Shown piece by piece: positions 26,474 to 38,686 of a DNA stretch of 64,000 nucleotides (the stretch's first letter is position 1; each line of letters opens with the position of its first letter). Source of the DNA: Podospora anserina (taxonomy: Eukaryota); assembly GCA_017654855.1 (NCBI GenBank), contig CM030332.1, positions 1,116,001 to 1,180,000 of the forward strand. The letters run 5' to 3'. Below the pieces are notes generated by a model that saw only the letters and a program-made list of their open reading frames with translations, made no database searches and was not told the DNA's origin. The translations under genes were made by a program, and so were the position numbers.

Positions 26474-26560
26474 GGGTTATCATGATGAACAAAAATGCAT
26501 GTATTATCTGAGTCTCAGTATGCTGTATCAATTTATCACCAAGATCTCTGACAATAACCC
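26474..26560 (+). ncRNA. Box C/D snoRNA with two guides (U45-type D' guide, U24-type D guide), located in the 5'UTR intron of cnxG
   Basis: Terminal stem GGGTTAT (26474-80) / ATAACCC (26554-60); C box ATGATGA 26482; D' CTGA 26508 preceded by GCATGTATTA; D CTGA 26548 preceded by ATCACCAAGATCT. It lies inside an intron with donor GTATGT at 26422 and branch CTAAC at 26609. Confidence 0.9.
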
Positions 26561-26643
26561 CACCATGATGTTTTGTTGTTGACGGTTTCTTATTTTGTTG
26601 TCAAGAAACTAACATTGTAAGAAAGTCTAGTAGGTAGTTGATC

Positions 26644-26934
26644 ATGTCTGCTACCCCCAAGCCCGCCGCCCCAGGGAACTTCACCATCCTCTACTTTGCC
26701 ACCGCAACCTCCTTCACGGGCAAGAACGTCGAGTCGCTTCCCGCGCCGCTCTCGCTCAGGAAACTGGGTGACGTGTTGGAGGAGAGGTACAAGGGTATCA
26801 GAGAGGAGGTTTTGGGGCACAGTCTTGTGACGATTAACCTGGCGTATGTGGATGTGCCTGAGGAAGGGGAGGATGATGTGATTATTCAGGAGGGGGATGA
26901 GGTGGCGATTATTCCGCCTGTTAGCTCTGGCTAG
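26644..26934 (+). CDS. cnxG: Molybdopterin synthase sulfur-carrier small subunit (MoaD/MOCS2A)
   Basis: 96-aa ubiquitin-like protein with ILYFA near the N-terminus and C-terminal GDEVAIIPPVSSG. Confidence 0.9.
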   Translation: MSATPKPAAPGNFTILYFATATSFTGKNVESLPAPLSLRKLGDVLEERYKGIREEVLGHSLVTINLAYVDVPEEGEDDVIIQEGDEVAIIPPVSSG

Positions 26935-26978
26935 TTCTTGTTTCCGTATTTACAATACAATAAGAGAGAAAGTTTTTA

Positions 26979-27557
26979 TCATCCGCGATATACGTTATCC
27001 CATTGAGAGTTTAGCAGCGGTTGTTGTTCTTCTTCTGGTGATGATGATGATGATGGTGCTACTGATGAGGCCCAACGTGATCGGCCACTGGTGCTGTGCC
27101 ATTTTGTCCAGAACTGGGGTTGGTTGAAGGGGATGGAGGCGCGGGTCCAGTCCCATTCGGCTCGGCGGAGGCGGCGGTAGGCGACGGTGGTGGTCCAGGC
27201 TAGGAGGCCGAGGAGGATGGTGGAGAGGATGGAGAGGAGGATGGAGAGGGCGGTGATGGCTGAGATGTTGCAGCCGAGGGGCTGGGTGCGGACCTCCCAG
27301 CGTTCGGACCAGTGGGGGCAGATGTCGGGTTGGGAGATGGGGGTCAGGAGGGGGAGGGGGTGGGTGTTGGGGGTGCAGGATTGGGTCTGGCGGGTGGGTG
27401 GGTGAGCAAAGGGGTGGGAGAAGGAGGGGGGTGGAGGGAAACATACGAAGGGACACCAGGAGCAGGCGTTCTCTGAGAGACAGGGTGAGCAGGATTGTTG
27501 GCGCCAGCAGCGGCGGAGGTGGTCGTCGGGGGTTTCGAGAGGGTTGAGGGAGGACAT
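26979..27557 (-). CDS. Small Cys-rich (PSI-like) single-pass membrane protein; exons 27557-27447, 27386-26979
   Basis: CW.QQSC.PCL...ACSWCP...C, CPHWSERWE, then a hydrophobic TM segment. 60-nt intron GTATGT...CAG. Confidence 0.7.
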   Translation of the reverse strand: MSSLNPLETPDDHLRRCWRQQSCSPCLSENACSWCPFVCFPPPPSFSHPFAHPPTRQTQSCTPNTHPLPLLTPISQPDICPHWSERWEVRTQPLGCNISAITALSILLSILSTILLGLLAWTTTVAYRRLRRAEWDWTRASIPFNQPQFWTKWHSTSGRSRWASSVAPSSSSSPEEEQQPLLNSQWDNVYRG

Positions 27558-27946
27558 TGTTGTTATATAAGATGAGGTGGTGATATGTACCGCAGAATGG
27601 ATGTTACAAACTAAGCTGGATCTCGTAGGTAGCAATTCAGTAGGTTACAAGAATACAAACAAGGTGTTTCACATAAGGAGGATGAGGAGGGCGGCTGAAA
27701 ACCGTTGGAAGTCGAGAGATATCCCATCAGAATGCGGGGCAAGCATATCCTCTGTGCGCAGCAAGCAGGAACAATACAACAAACATCACACCTTCCAGAA
27801 ATTCATCTCCAAAATTCCAAGCACGCTCTACATATTTTAAGAAGAGAAGCCTGCCACCCAAAATTTTGTCTAAACAGTATATAAATCAGTCAAAAACATC
27901 CCCACCGCTCAGCCTTTATCAAAACGCCCAATTACTTGTGACTGCA

Positions 27947-30511
27947 TCACTCCTCCCTCACAATATCCCTCGCCCTCAACTTCTCCTCCTCAGTCAAAAC
28001 CCACACCATCCCCCCATCTATCCCCTCCTCCTCCTCAGCAACCAACTCCTCCCACTCCTCCTCCTCCATGTTCGCCACCATCAAGATCTGCCCAACCTTG
28101 CCAAACACCTCTCTCACTCCGTAATTACCCTTGGACACCACGCCAATAATACCGTTGACGTCCCTTTCCAGTCTGATGGCACCATACGCGCTCAGCGCCC
28201 TACCAGCCTTGGCATAACTCCACACCCTCTTCTCCAGCACCTTTTGCGCCAAATACCCAGCAGTCTTGTCCATGAGCTGGCTGTACGTCTTTGGTGTCAA
28301 CAAACGTGAGATGGGCTTCATCAGCGCATCCCATCCGAGCTCAAATGTCAGCGGAACCTGTTCGAGGTATTCCTCCAGTGTCTTATCTGACAGCGCGGCG
28401 AGCTCGGTGAGTTCTTCCTCGGTGGAGATGGTGTAATCTGCGTCGCTGAAGGTGGAGGTGATGACAGGCCGGAGACGAGCATAAACTACCTCGCTAAACA
28501 GGGCTTCGATGCCCGCCTTGATGAGCTCGCTGGATTTGAGGTGGAACGAGGTTTTGAGGTTCTGGAGGCGGGTGACGATTTCCTTGGCGTCGTTGGCAAA
28601 GGGGAAGGCGGCGGTTAGTACTGATGACGGCTGCTGGGAGTCTGCGGGTGGGTTTTCTGGATGTCTCAGTATCCCGGATACGATCCGTTCCAAGTACTCG
28701 TTTGCCACGTCGAGACTGTTGATTAAGACGATGAAGGCGATGATCTTGTCTTCTGGGGGGAAACCGCCTTGGACGTTGGGTTTGGGCAGGTATTCGTCCC
28801 GCATCTTGCGCTGGATCAGGCCGACAAAGTCGGTACCGAGAAGAGCTTGGATCGTGGGGATGACCTCCTTGACGACATCTTTCTGGGAGGTGGAGATGGA
28901 CTTTTCGATGACGGTTTTGGCGATATACATCACGTCGTCAACAGCGGAGATGATGAACGGTGGGTTGCTTTCGATCGCCTTGTTTTGTCTAAGCGTAAGT
29001 CCGCTAGGGAACTCGTCCAGTTGAAAGGCCTTTTCGACAGAGCGCCGAAAAAAGAACTTGGTGAGCTCATTGTAGGGTGATACTAGCTTCCCAGAGACTT
29101 TTCGACCCAGGTTAGACTTGGTGAGGACCTCGGGCATAGTGAGTGGCGCATCGTCCGGTGACTCCGGTTCCTGGCGTTGTCAGTATCCCACTGCCATGAG
29201 ACTCATAATAAGACGTACCCTGCACTTTCCAGCGAGGAAACGAGAATACAGAGACCACCTTCCAAGCATTACGGCGATCTCGCTCAGCAAGGCGTTTACT
29301 TCCTTCATGTCCACCCCCTCATCCTCGCTCTGGCGTCCGTTATTGGTGCCGCCAACAGCAGGCGAGTTTACTCGTGGTGTTCCTCCGAAGCCTCGATTTG
29401 GTTGAGAAACGAAGCTCTGAACGAGGAACGAGAAGGGATAACTTCTGACATCAGTCAACCTCCTATCCACGGTCCTTTCATCGCTCCAAGAATCCAGGAT
29501 GATGCCTCCCTGCACATCTGCCTCCATCTGGAGCCTTTCGATAACCTTGACCATCTTCCCGGTTCCGTAATGTTTTTCCACCAGGGCCCCATGCCCATCC
29601 ACAATATGGGCAATGTGTTCGAACAACCTTGTGAGGGCATTGGCAAAAAAGAAGCCATCCTTTCTTCCTTGCCCACCAACCGTAGAAGCGCCTTCCTTGA
29701 GCACCGTCCTGGCCGTACCCGCAACACCCTGGCAGACATACTGCCCATACACATCCAGCCCAACATCACCCCTCCCAATCAGGGGGAATAGCTTGAAAAA
29801 CCTCGTCACCCTTGCGCCATCCCCATCCTCGGCAGCCTTCCTGAACTCTCTCAAGAACAAGTTACACAAGCTCTCCCTTGCCGACTCGAGGGTAACCCAA
29901 GGGGGGTCAGGCACCTCGACAGTCGGCACCACTGCAGCTGCAAAGCCTCCTCGGACAATCTCCTCAGGCACCTTGGAAGCCCGCGCAATGTACCCAGCTG
30001 CCGCCTCCCAGTCCTGAGGGGCGCCCATGCTACCCACCACGCCTGCGACACATGCTTTCAGCTCGGCAACCTGTTCCACCACGCGCAACGTGTCTTCCAC
30101 CCGAGATTTCTCCAAATCGAGGGTGCGGACCCGGCTGGAGAGGTGAGAGGCGGTTTCTGAGGCTGAGGCGAGCATGCTGTTGCTTATGCCGCGGGAGGCG
30201 ATCACCTGGGCGCCGAGCCCGGCGCGGAGGTTGTCGAGGCGGGAGAGGGAGCGGGTGAGGTCTGCTTGAGAGGAAAGCAAGTTTGTTAGACGGTCTGTGA
30301 GGGAGGATTCGCGGGTGTGAAGTGCCGCGAGGGCAGCGCGGATCTCGACCGGGGAGGTGGCATTTTGGATTACGGTGGATGGGTTGGTGTTGGCGGGGCT
30401 GGTGGTTGGTTTTGGTGTGTTGAGGGTTGGGAAGCTGGTTAGGGCGGGATTAGGAGACGCGGTGGCAGACATTTTGGTCGTCGTAGCGGCGCCATTGGAG
30501 AAAGCAGACAT
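27947..30511 (-). CDS. cog4: Conserved oligomeric Golgi complex subunit 4; exons 30511-29219, 29170-27947
   Basis: Intron 29218-29171 joins two ORFs in frame. Motifs TRFFKLFPLIG, IERLQMEADVQGG, FFRRSVEKAFQLDE, VDDVMYI, GAIRLERD. Confidence 0.92.
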
Positions 30512-31704
30512 TGGAATAGTATCGGTGCATCGCTCTTCGTGCAGTCAGTTGCGCGCCGGGATGGGGGTTGGTCAGGAACCCGTCAAGGTAAATGAACCCA
30601 GTGATGCCCCACTGACACCGGGCTGGCAGTTTGGGCGTTGTGGGTTTGCCAATTTGGCACGGAGCTTGGGGACAGGGGCAGCTAGCGCCCCACTTTATCG
30701 GCCGTTGAGACACCCGACCACGCCGATGCTTGACCTCCTCCGTGTCGGTAGCTCCTTCCGGTCCGGAAGATATCCCGGCGTGCCTGCCATTTTTAGACAG
30801 GAAAGCAACCGCTATATAACTAGACCATCACGGTGGAATTGAAGTCAATTTTGATTTAACCCAGACTTGAACCAAATTTCTTACTCTTTAATCCTTGCAC
30901 CCACCACAGCGTCATTCGCACCCAAGTCTCACTCTACCTAAACAACAACAAGTATTCGCTGTGTGCCTTTGTTCACAATGTCTCAATTGGCATCGTCCTT
31001 GCATTCTGTGGTAGTGGTGAGAAATGGCTCGGTGCAGACTCTTTGCTCCTTGTCCCATGTGTCTTCACCGACTTGAATAGCATCCAAACTCGAGGCTTCT
31101 GGGTGAGGCCTACAGTCCGCCAGCAAAAGGCAGATGTCAGCCTTAATCGTCGCCGGATTTAGGACCAATGCAATGAGGGGTCTGGTGTTTGCCCATCTCA
31201 ACATTGAGGCCTACAGCGGCCGCTTTCCGATATGCCCCCAGCTCAGCGAATCAAAACTGCTCATCTCGTGCAAACAGAGCCTCGTCTCTATCCATGTCTG
31301 CCTCGCTTCACTCTGCCCATCCGTTTGCTCTTTCTTTATGCAGATATCCTACTCAATGTCGCATGTTTTTATCGCCATTCTTTGACTTTTGCAAAGTCTA
31401 GGTACATCGGGATCGCTATGGCCCTCCAGAGCGCGCACCGGATCTGTCATGACGGTAGAGGTCTATCTCGAACGGAAATGTCACCAATACATCCATGGAC
31501 TTGTCAAAGGAAATTCTATCCTGAGGCGTGACTCTTGGAGTGTTTTACGGCTATATATGATGGGAACATCGCGCCCTTCTTGACCTCGACCCGAAGCTTT
31601 CAGATCCAACCCACCGTTCGACAAGGCAGGCAGCAACGCACATCTCGCCTCAAACAAGTGCCCCTTTGTCTTTGGCTTGACCAACTTTATCCCAATCATT
31701 CACC

Positions 31705-34013
31705 ATGAAACAGGAAAACACTCCCCAAGATAACCTGCTTGCTAGTCCGAGCCTCCTTCGCAAAATCGACCAGCTCCGCGAGAGGAATATCGGCCAGCAT
31801 GTCCCTCTGCCCCAGGCACGTATACCCCCTTCAGTTTGTTCGGCATGGCGAAGCTGACATGTCGATAAGCTCGTTGTTGTGGGTGACCAGAGCTCTGGCA
31901 AATCATCTCTTCTGGAGAGTTTGACTGGAATTCCGTTCCCGCGTGATGTTGAACTCTGCACGCGTTACGCCACTCAAATCACCCAACGCCGCGATCATTC
32001 AACTCATGTCAACATCACTATAATTCCTGGTCCGAATTCATCCGATGAACACAAAAGCCATGTCGAGGCGTACCATGGCAGTGCCCTGTCTGGTGAGGAT
32101 TTGCGCGCCAAATTTCCGGCAATTTTGCAAGAGGTAAGCTTACCATACCTCATACGAGCCACTCGGTGTGTTGACCAATTATCCAGGTCAACGCCAGAAT
32201 GGGCATTCGAATGAGCTCATCTGCCAAAGGCGGAACCGTCTTCAGTGAGGACATCCTCAAGATTGAGATTTGCGGTCCCAAGGAAGACTATTTGACCGTC
32301 ATTGACGTTCCCGGTATCTTTCGTAACTCAACTGAGGGCGTCACTACCAAACAGGACATCTTGTTGGTTCGGAATATGGTCACCAACTACATTCGAGATA
32401 ACCGGACCATCATCCTGGCAGTCTTGCCTTGCAACATCGATATCGCTAACCAGGAGATTCTGACTCTCGCGGAGGAGTACGACAAGAAGGGCGAACGGAC
32501 CCTCGGTATTCTCACAAAGCCAGATTTGGTACCCGAGGCCAGCGGCAAAGATACGATTTGCAGCATCGTCGAGAACAAAAGGAAGCAGCTGACTTTGGGC
32601 TATTATGTCGTGAGGAGTCGTGGCGCAGATCAAGACGACTCTGGCTATGAGTCCCGCGAACAAATGTTCAACGAAGACCCCTGGCGTCGCCTTGACAGGG
32701 GGAGAGTTGGTGTTCGCGCACTCAAGACAAAACTGGGTGAACTGCTAGGCGAGATGGCGAAGCGTGAATTTCCCAAGTTGAGGAAGGATATCGGCGAGAT
32801 GCTCAGTCGCGCGGAAAAGGAGAGAGATGGGCTCGGTCCCGCTCGTGGCACTGATACCGAACAGCGGATATTCTTGAGCCACATCGCAGACAAGTTCCAG
32901 CAGTTGACAAAGGCGAGCCTGGAGGCTCGCTATCATCATGACCCGGCATTTGAGGCGTCCTTCCATCTCAAACTCGCCACCCTCATGGCGTTCCTTGCCG
33001 AAGATTTCAGTCGCGAGTTTGAAGCAAAGGCTGCATTCCGATACTTTGAGAACGAAGACTCTGACACCGACGACTATGACGATGACTACGACGAAGTCGT
33101 TGATGAGGATTTTCTGCCCATGAATCCCAACCAGACATCGCCTGCCGCGAATGCAAAGAGGATTCTGAGGGCCGCAACTCGTGATCTTGACCCGGAGGAG
33201 TTTCCCGAGCTCGACGACATCATCAGTCACAGGTACGAAGTTGAGGATCCAGAAGATGGTATCATGGACTGGATAACAAATCTTTATGTGCGATCACGCG
33301 GCATGGAGCTTGGTCATTACACCAACGCGGTGCAGGCAAGTGCATGGAGAGAGCAATCCAGTAAATGGCCTATCATAAGTCGCGCTTTTACCAGCCGCGC
33401 GATCATGATCGTCCAGCGCTTCATCACAGACACGCTCAGCATCGTGTGCCCCGATAGCACGCTTCGGGATACCTTGTGGTCATGCATCCAAGAGGAGGTT
33501 CTCGAGCGATACAAGAAAGCGACTGGTTTTCTCGAGTACCTCCTCTCCGTTGAGCGTGAGCTCAATCCTTACACGCTCAACAAGCACTTCAACAGGACCC
33601 GTCAAGAGGCTCACGCGGACAGAGCAGCTTCCCACATTCTCGCGACACTGCAGGAGGCAGAACAAGCGGGCGGAGACAACGCCACCGTCACCATCGGCCA
33701 AGTTCGCAGCTCGACTAGAGACAAATCCAACATACAAGATGTGGCCGAGCAGCTCCACGACGGCCTGAGCTCGTACTACGACGTTGCTCGGAAACGCTTT
33801 ATCGACAACGTCTGGACTCAGGTTGTTCAGTCCCACCTGCTTTTTGGCTCCAACACTCCGCTCAGGGTCTTCACCCAGGACTGGGTGATTGGGCTTGGTG
33901 CCGAGCAACTTGATGCGATTGCTGGGGAGTCGTCGAGTGTCAAGGAGCAGCGGGCTAACTTGGCTCGCAAGATCAAGGACTTGAAGGAAGCGAAGAAGAT
34001 TTTGTCGTTCTGA
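31705..34013 (+). CDS. Mx-like dynamin-superfamily GTPase with GED; exons 31705-31815, 31870-32133, 32187-34013
   Basis: LPQ|LVVVGDQSSGKSS (G1), CTR (G2), VIDVPG (G3), TKPD (G4), and a C-terminal GED-like YYDVARKRFIDNV. The first intron is GC-AG. Confidence 0.9.
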
Positions 34014-34401
34014 AGAGCTGGCTGTACAGCAGTTTGAGGTGTGTGTTTACGCTAGGACTTTGTTTCGTATTGACTTGAACGGGTAGCTATTAAATATCAT
34101 AGTTTTCAATGTGTTTTTAGGATACATATGTAATAACAAAAACAAAAAAAAAAAAAAAAAAACAGTGTGCATGCTCTGCTTGATCCAAAATCCAAATTGT
34201 GGTCCTCTATCCCTATCCCAATTTCCCGGTTTTTGTTTCTACAGAAGGTTTCAGGATATATCTAGTGAGAAATTCTGGCGGGAGCTGTTGTGGAATGTGT
34301 GGGTGTGAGGTTGAGCTCAGGGGCTGACGACGGAAAGCGAAGTTTCTTCGCGGCCTCTTGGAGACGCTTCCCAACTGCAGCCTTCAACAAATCAATCGAT
34401 A

Positions 34402-34489
34402 GGTCCGCTGGCGTAATGGCAGCGCGTCTGACTACGATTCTAACAATCAGTTAATCAGGAGGTTCCAGGTTCGACCCCTGGGCGGATCG
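34402..34489 (+). tRNA. tRNA-Arg(ACG) with a 16-nt intron (34438-34453)
   Basis: Acceptor stem GGTCCGC/GCGGATC, D-arm TGGCGTAATGGCAGCGC, anticodon ACG at 34434-36 in stem TCTGA/TCAGG, T-loop GGTTCGAC, and a T6 Pol III terminator at 34491. Confidence 0.96.
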
Positions 34490-35155
34490 ATTTTTTGGGG
34501 TCATTTATTTGTTGCTCGGTCTCCACACGATGATGGGTTGGGAAGTTACCTCTTTTTGCTGGGAAAACGGGACTACTTCTTTTCACTTCTTCATTTGTCA
34601 TCAATTGCTTAGTCGGCTTATTTTTCTGGAAGAGCGGTACTGTTGGTTATTTTGTTTGGTAGGACGGTATTAAGGCATATCTTCATGTATGGATGGGCTT
34701 GGACATTTTTTGTCGGGGATATGCAAGAGGTGTGGGTGAGCTTATCGCCGATGGCGGCTGAATAGCATGTTCGTTATAGAGACCCCTTTTCGGCGATAGG
34801 GCGAAACATCATTGGTTTGTGTTTTATCTTTGTGCCAATGCATGTTGGGCAGTCAATCTGAGGCCATCGTGAAATTTGCTGATGGGGGGTGTCAAATCGC
34901 CTAAGTCCTTTCTTTCTCCTTTGGGGATGTGTTACTTCCGAGATGTAATATGACGGTGTTTGTATGATGGTTTTTGGTGGTATATAAACAGTCGTCATCG
35001 GCCACCATGAGAAGAAGACTCTCTGGCTTGAACAAACAACATTAACAGTTTCAACAACAAAAACATTTCATCCATTTCCTACAGTCTTCAAAACCATACC
35101 TACCTGACTTCGACTCATTGTTTCTTGCATAGGATAACTTACCAGCTCACACACC

Positions 35156-36080
35156 ATGTCAACCACCGAAAACCCCGTCTGGCTCATCACCGGCGCCTCC
35201 TCCGGCTTCGGCTTCGCCCTCGCAAAAGAAGCCCTTTCCCGCTCACACACCGTCATCGCAACCTCCCGCTCGACCTCCTCCGAGGGAATGATCTCTCTCT
35301 CCTCTTGGGGAGCCATCACCCTGCCGTTCGACGTGACAGCCTCGGAGGAGGTTCTCTCGGGTGTCATCGCCGAGGCGGCGAGTTTGGTCCCAGAAGGGAG
35401 AATCACTCATGTAGTCAACTGCGCTGGTTACATACTTGAAGGAGCCGTTGAGGAGACCACGCAAGAGGAAGTGAGAAAGGTTTTCGAGACGAACGTGCTG
35501 GGGAGTGTGAACATTGCCAGGGCTGTGGTGGGGAAGCTGAGGGAGACGGGAGGGGTGTTGGTGCAGATGGGGAGTTTGGGAAGTTGGATGGGGGGTGGGG
35601 GGTTTGCGCTTTGTGAGTTCTTCACTGTTGACATGAGGGAAAGGGGAAAGGGGCTAATGATATACAGATTGCAGCACTAAATGGGCGGTTTCGGGGTTGA
35701 CGGAGGGGTTGGCGGATGAGCTGAAGCCGTTTGGGATTCGGGTTTGCTGTGTCGAGCCTGGGTATACGAGGACTTCGTTTTTGGCGGAGGGAGGAGGGCA
35801 TAGGGTTAAGGCGAAGAATGTGATGGAGAGGTACGATGGGTTGGGGTTTAGGGAGGGGTTGAATGCGTATGATGGGCAGCAGCCGGGGGATGTGGACAGA
35901 TGTGCGGTTGCTATGGTTGATGTGTTGACTAGCACGGGGATGGCTGACGGCAAAGAGATTCCGGTGAGGCTGGTGTTGGGGTCGGATTGCTTGAAGGTTG
36001 TGAGAGACAAGTGTGAGAGTACGCTGAAGCTGGTGGACGAGTGGGAGGCTGTTACCAAGTTTGCGGATGGGCAGAAGTGA
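35156..36080 (+). CDS. Short-chain dehydrogenase/reductase; exons 35156-35612, 35668-36080
   Basis: WLITGASSGFG and NCAGY are present. Splicing restores the catalytic YCSTK (YxxxK); VEPG follows. Confidence 0.92.
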
Positions 36081-36829
36081 TAGACGACCACGTCAGCTTT
36101 TGGGTTCTGTGTCCGATGTTGAGTGTTTGATAGACGATATAGATTCCTGTTTGACCTTCGGTGTGGAGCCTTGTGTTGTCTTGGATGTTGGTGAAATGGT
36201 GATAATTGGGTGTAGGTTGTCAATGGAGGCCTCGCTGGGCTGCAGAATGGCCGTTGCAGCGGGGAAAACTCCGTGCCGTTCTGCCGTCATCGGGTGCTAA
36301 TGCAGGCCAAGATGCCGCTAACTTACGGCGCCTTGCGGGTCTCGAACACTCTAGCGCCCATCTGTTCCGGTATATAAACGACGACGATAGCTTCGTGACT
36401 GTAACAGCCGTCAACAGAGACGACACTTCTGCACACGCGAGACAGTTTATGCCTCGCTAGAAGCGATATGGACCTCACAAGGCCTTTTGTGGCCGGGAAT
36501 AACAGGTGACAAGCCACAGCTGTGTCCAAATTCCGCCGGGATTTTCACTGCAGTGCTCTCAGCTCATCCTCAGCTCCTCCCACTTCCCGCTGCCAACCGT
36601 TTGGTGCTGCGAGCTGCGCCTTGGCAGGATTCATATGAGTGCCGAGCTCCCGATATGTCCAGTTGTGATCATCAGCAGGCAGTGAGAAGGCAGACTATGA
36701 TAAATAAGCGGATCCTTCGTCAGCATGACAGCTCTGTTAACGACAGCTTCAGCTTTGCCTGTGACAACTTGAGCTCTCGCAAGCAACAGTCCCCTTGAGG
36801 CTGCAAGACAGACGTGTTGGCGCTGAAAA

Positions 36830-38686
36830 ATGGATGTAGACAAAGCAGGAGCCGCGACGTCGTCGTCAACATCTGTAGCCAGTGCCCCAGCAGATATGCC
36901 CTCCAGGTCCAGACCTCCTTCGTTGGCACAATCTCACCGGCCTCGACTCTCCAAAACAGACTCTATCGCTTCTGTCTTGTCAGCCCACAGAAATTACCTG
37001 GATTCCCTTCCAGTCCCCACCAAGGAAGAGTTCGACCAAATAAACAAGATCCAAACCAAGCGTGAGGCCGAGCACAAGAAGCAATTCCGGCGGAACCAAC
37101 GACAGCAAAGCATCGAGCTCGTCAACAGTCGCAGAAACAGCCTCATCAGTGAAAATGGAAGCGTCACCAAGGCAGCCACCGTCATACAACGAACCTACCG
37201 TGGTTACCGAGCTCGCCGGACGCTGGCAGGTCTGGGGATAGACGCCTCAACCCGCTGGATCCACGCCGTAAGAGAAGCCCAATGGCGAAGCCTCACCCGC
37301 CCCCGGCCCCGAAGCGAATACCTCGACAGCGACAGCCTCTACTCCCCCAGCTTCCTCTCTCCATCATTATCATCACCAGGGGACACCAACAGCGACGCAG
37401 GCAGCAGTATCATGCTCGCCGGAACTCGCTCTCCCACCGCCCGCCTCAACTGGAAAAAGGCCTCCACCATAGCCCGACGAGCAGGCGGGGATGCTGACGA
37501 AAGCTCTTCCACTTCATCATCATCCTCCTCCTCCTCCTCCTCTTCCAGTAGTTCCTCCTCCGAATCAGAAGAAAAACTCTCCAAATCCCAGAAGCAACAC
37601 CTCAAGCAACGCCGCGCCGAGTCCAAAGCCCGCCGCAAAGCAGCCTCCCGCACCATGGGGCTGCAATACTTTCTCGAAATGATCGACCACAAGCACCGCT
37701 ACGGCTCCAACCTCAAAGTCTATCACGAAGAATGGCAAAGAGCCGACACCCAAGACAATTTCTTCTACTGGCTTGACCACGGCTCGGGTCGGAACCTGTC
37801 ACTGGAAGCCTGCCCTCGGGAGGTTCTGGAACGGGAACAAGTCCGGTATTTATCCAGAGAGGAAAGACAGGCGTATCTAGTAGCTATCGACGAGAGCGGC
37901 AGGCTATGTTGGGCCAAGAACGGGGCGCCGATCGACACCACCGAAAAGTGGAAAGATAGCATCAACGGGATCGTACCCAGCGACGACCCCACGCCCGCTT
38001 ATTCACCACCCTCGTTGGAGTCAACCACCAACTTCCTCGGTGACTCCTCCACCGAATCTTCCCAGTCATCATCCGAATCCCCTCCTTCACCACATCCACC
38101 ACCCTCCAAGAAATCATCATCCTCCGCCCGGCGTCTCTTCAAAATGTCCCCCACAACCATGCTCAACAAACTCCTCCGCCACTCCGTCACCCCCAACACA
38201 TGGATCTTCGTCGCCGACACCTCCTTCCGTCTCTACGTCGGGATCAAGAACTCGGGCGCGTTTCAGCACTCGAGTTTTCTTCAAGGAAGCCGCATCTCCG
38301 CTGCGGGGCTGATCAAGATCAAGAACGGGAAGTTGCACAGCCTGAGCCCGCTGAGCGGACACTACCGGCCGCCGGCGAGCAATTTTAGGGCGTTTGTACA
38401 GACGCTCAAGGGGGAGGGGGTGGATATGAGTCGGGTTAGTATCAGCAAGAGTTATGCTGTGCTTGTTGGGTTGGAGGGGTATATGAAGGTTAAGAAGAGG
38501 GGGAGGGAGATTAAGGGGTTGGTGGGGAGGGGAAAGGAGAAGAAAGGGGAGGTGGTCGGGAGGGTTGGGGAGGGGGGTGAGGGGGAGCAGGAGGAGAGGG
38601 AGGGTGAGGGGGAGCAGGAGGTTGTGCCCGGGGATGGAGGTGGGCTGGCGGGAGGGAGGGGGTCTATCACTGATGAGAGAAGTTAG
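36830..38686 (+). CDS. IQ calmodulin-binding motif protein (IQM-like)
   Basis: IQ motif AATVIQRTYRGYRARR; conserved blocks KHRYGSNL.VYH, FFYWLDHG, FQHSSFL.G, SGHYRP. Confidence 0.85.
   Translation: MDVDKAGAATSSSTSVASAPADMPSRSRPPSLAQSHRPRLSKTDSIASVLSAHRNYLDSLPVPTKEEFDQINKIQTKREAEHKKQFRRNQRQQSIELVNSRRNSLISENGSVTKAATVIQRTYRGYRARRTLAGLGIDASTRWIHAVREAQWRSLTRPRPRSEYLDSDSLYSPSFLSPSLSSPGDTNSDAGSSIMLAGTRSPTARLNWKKASTIARRAGGDADESSSTSSSSSSSSSSSSSSSSESEEKLSKSQKQHLKQRRAESKARRKAASRTMGLQYFLEMIDHKHRYGSNLKVYHEEWQRADTQDNFFYWLDHGSGRNLSLEACPREVLEREQVRYLSREERQAYLVAIDESGRLCWAKNGAPIDTTEKWKDSINGIVPSDDPTPAYSPPSLESTTNFLGDSSTESSQSSSESPPSPHPPPSKKSSSSARRLFKMSPTTMLNKLLRHSVTPNTWIFVADTSFRLYVGIKNSGAFQHSSFLQGSRISAAGLIKIKNGKLHSLSPLSGHYRPPASNFRAFVQTLKGEGVDMSRVSISKSYAVLVGLEGYMKVKKRGREIKGLVGRGKEKKGEVVGRVGEGGEGEQEEREGEGEQEVVPGDGGGLAGGRGSITDERS

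Noticed and set aside
26920-26934. MoaD-like protein ending in SSG rather than GG
   Set aside because: As I recall, Aspergillus CnxG also ends in VSSG, so this is a normal fungal variant and not a defect.
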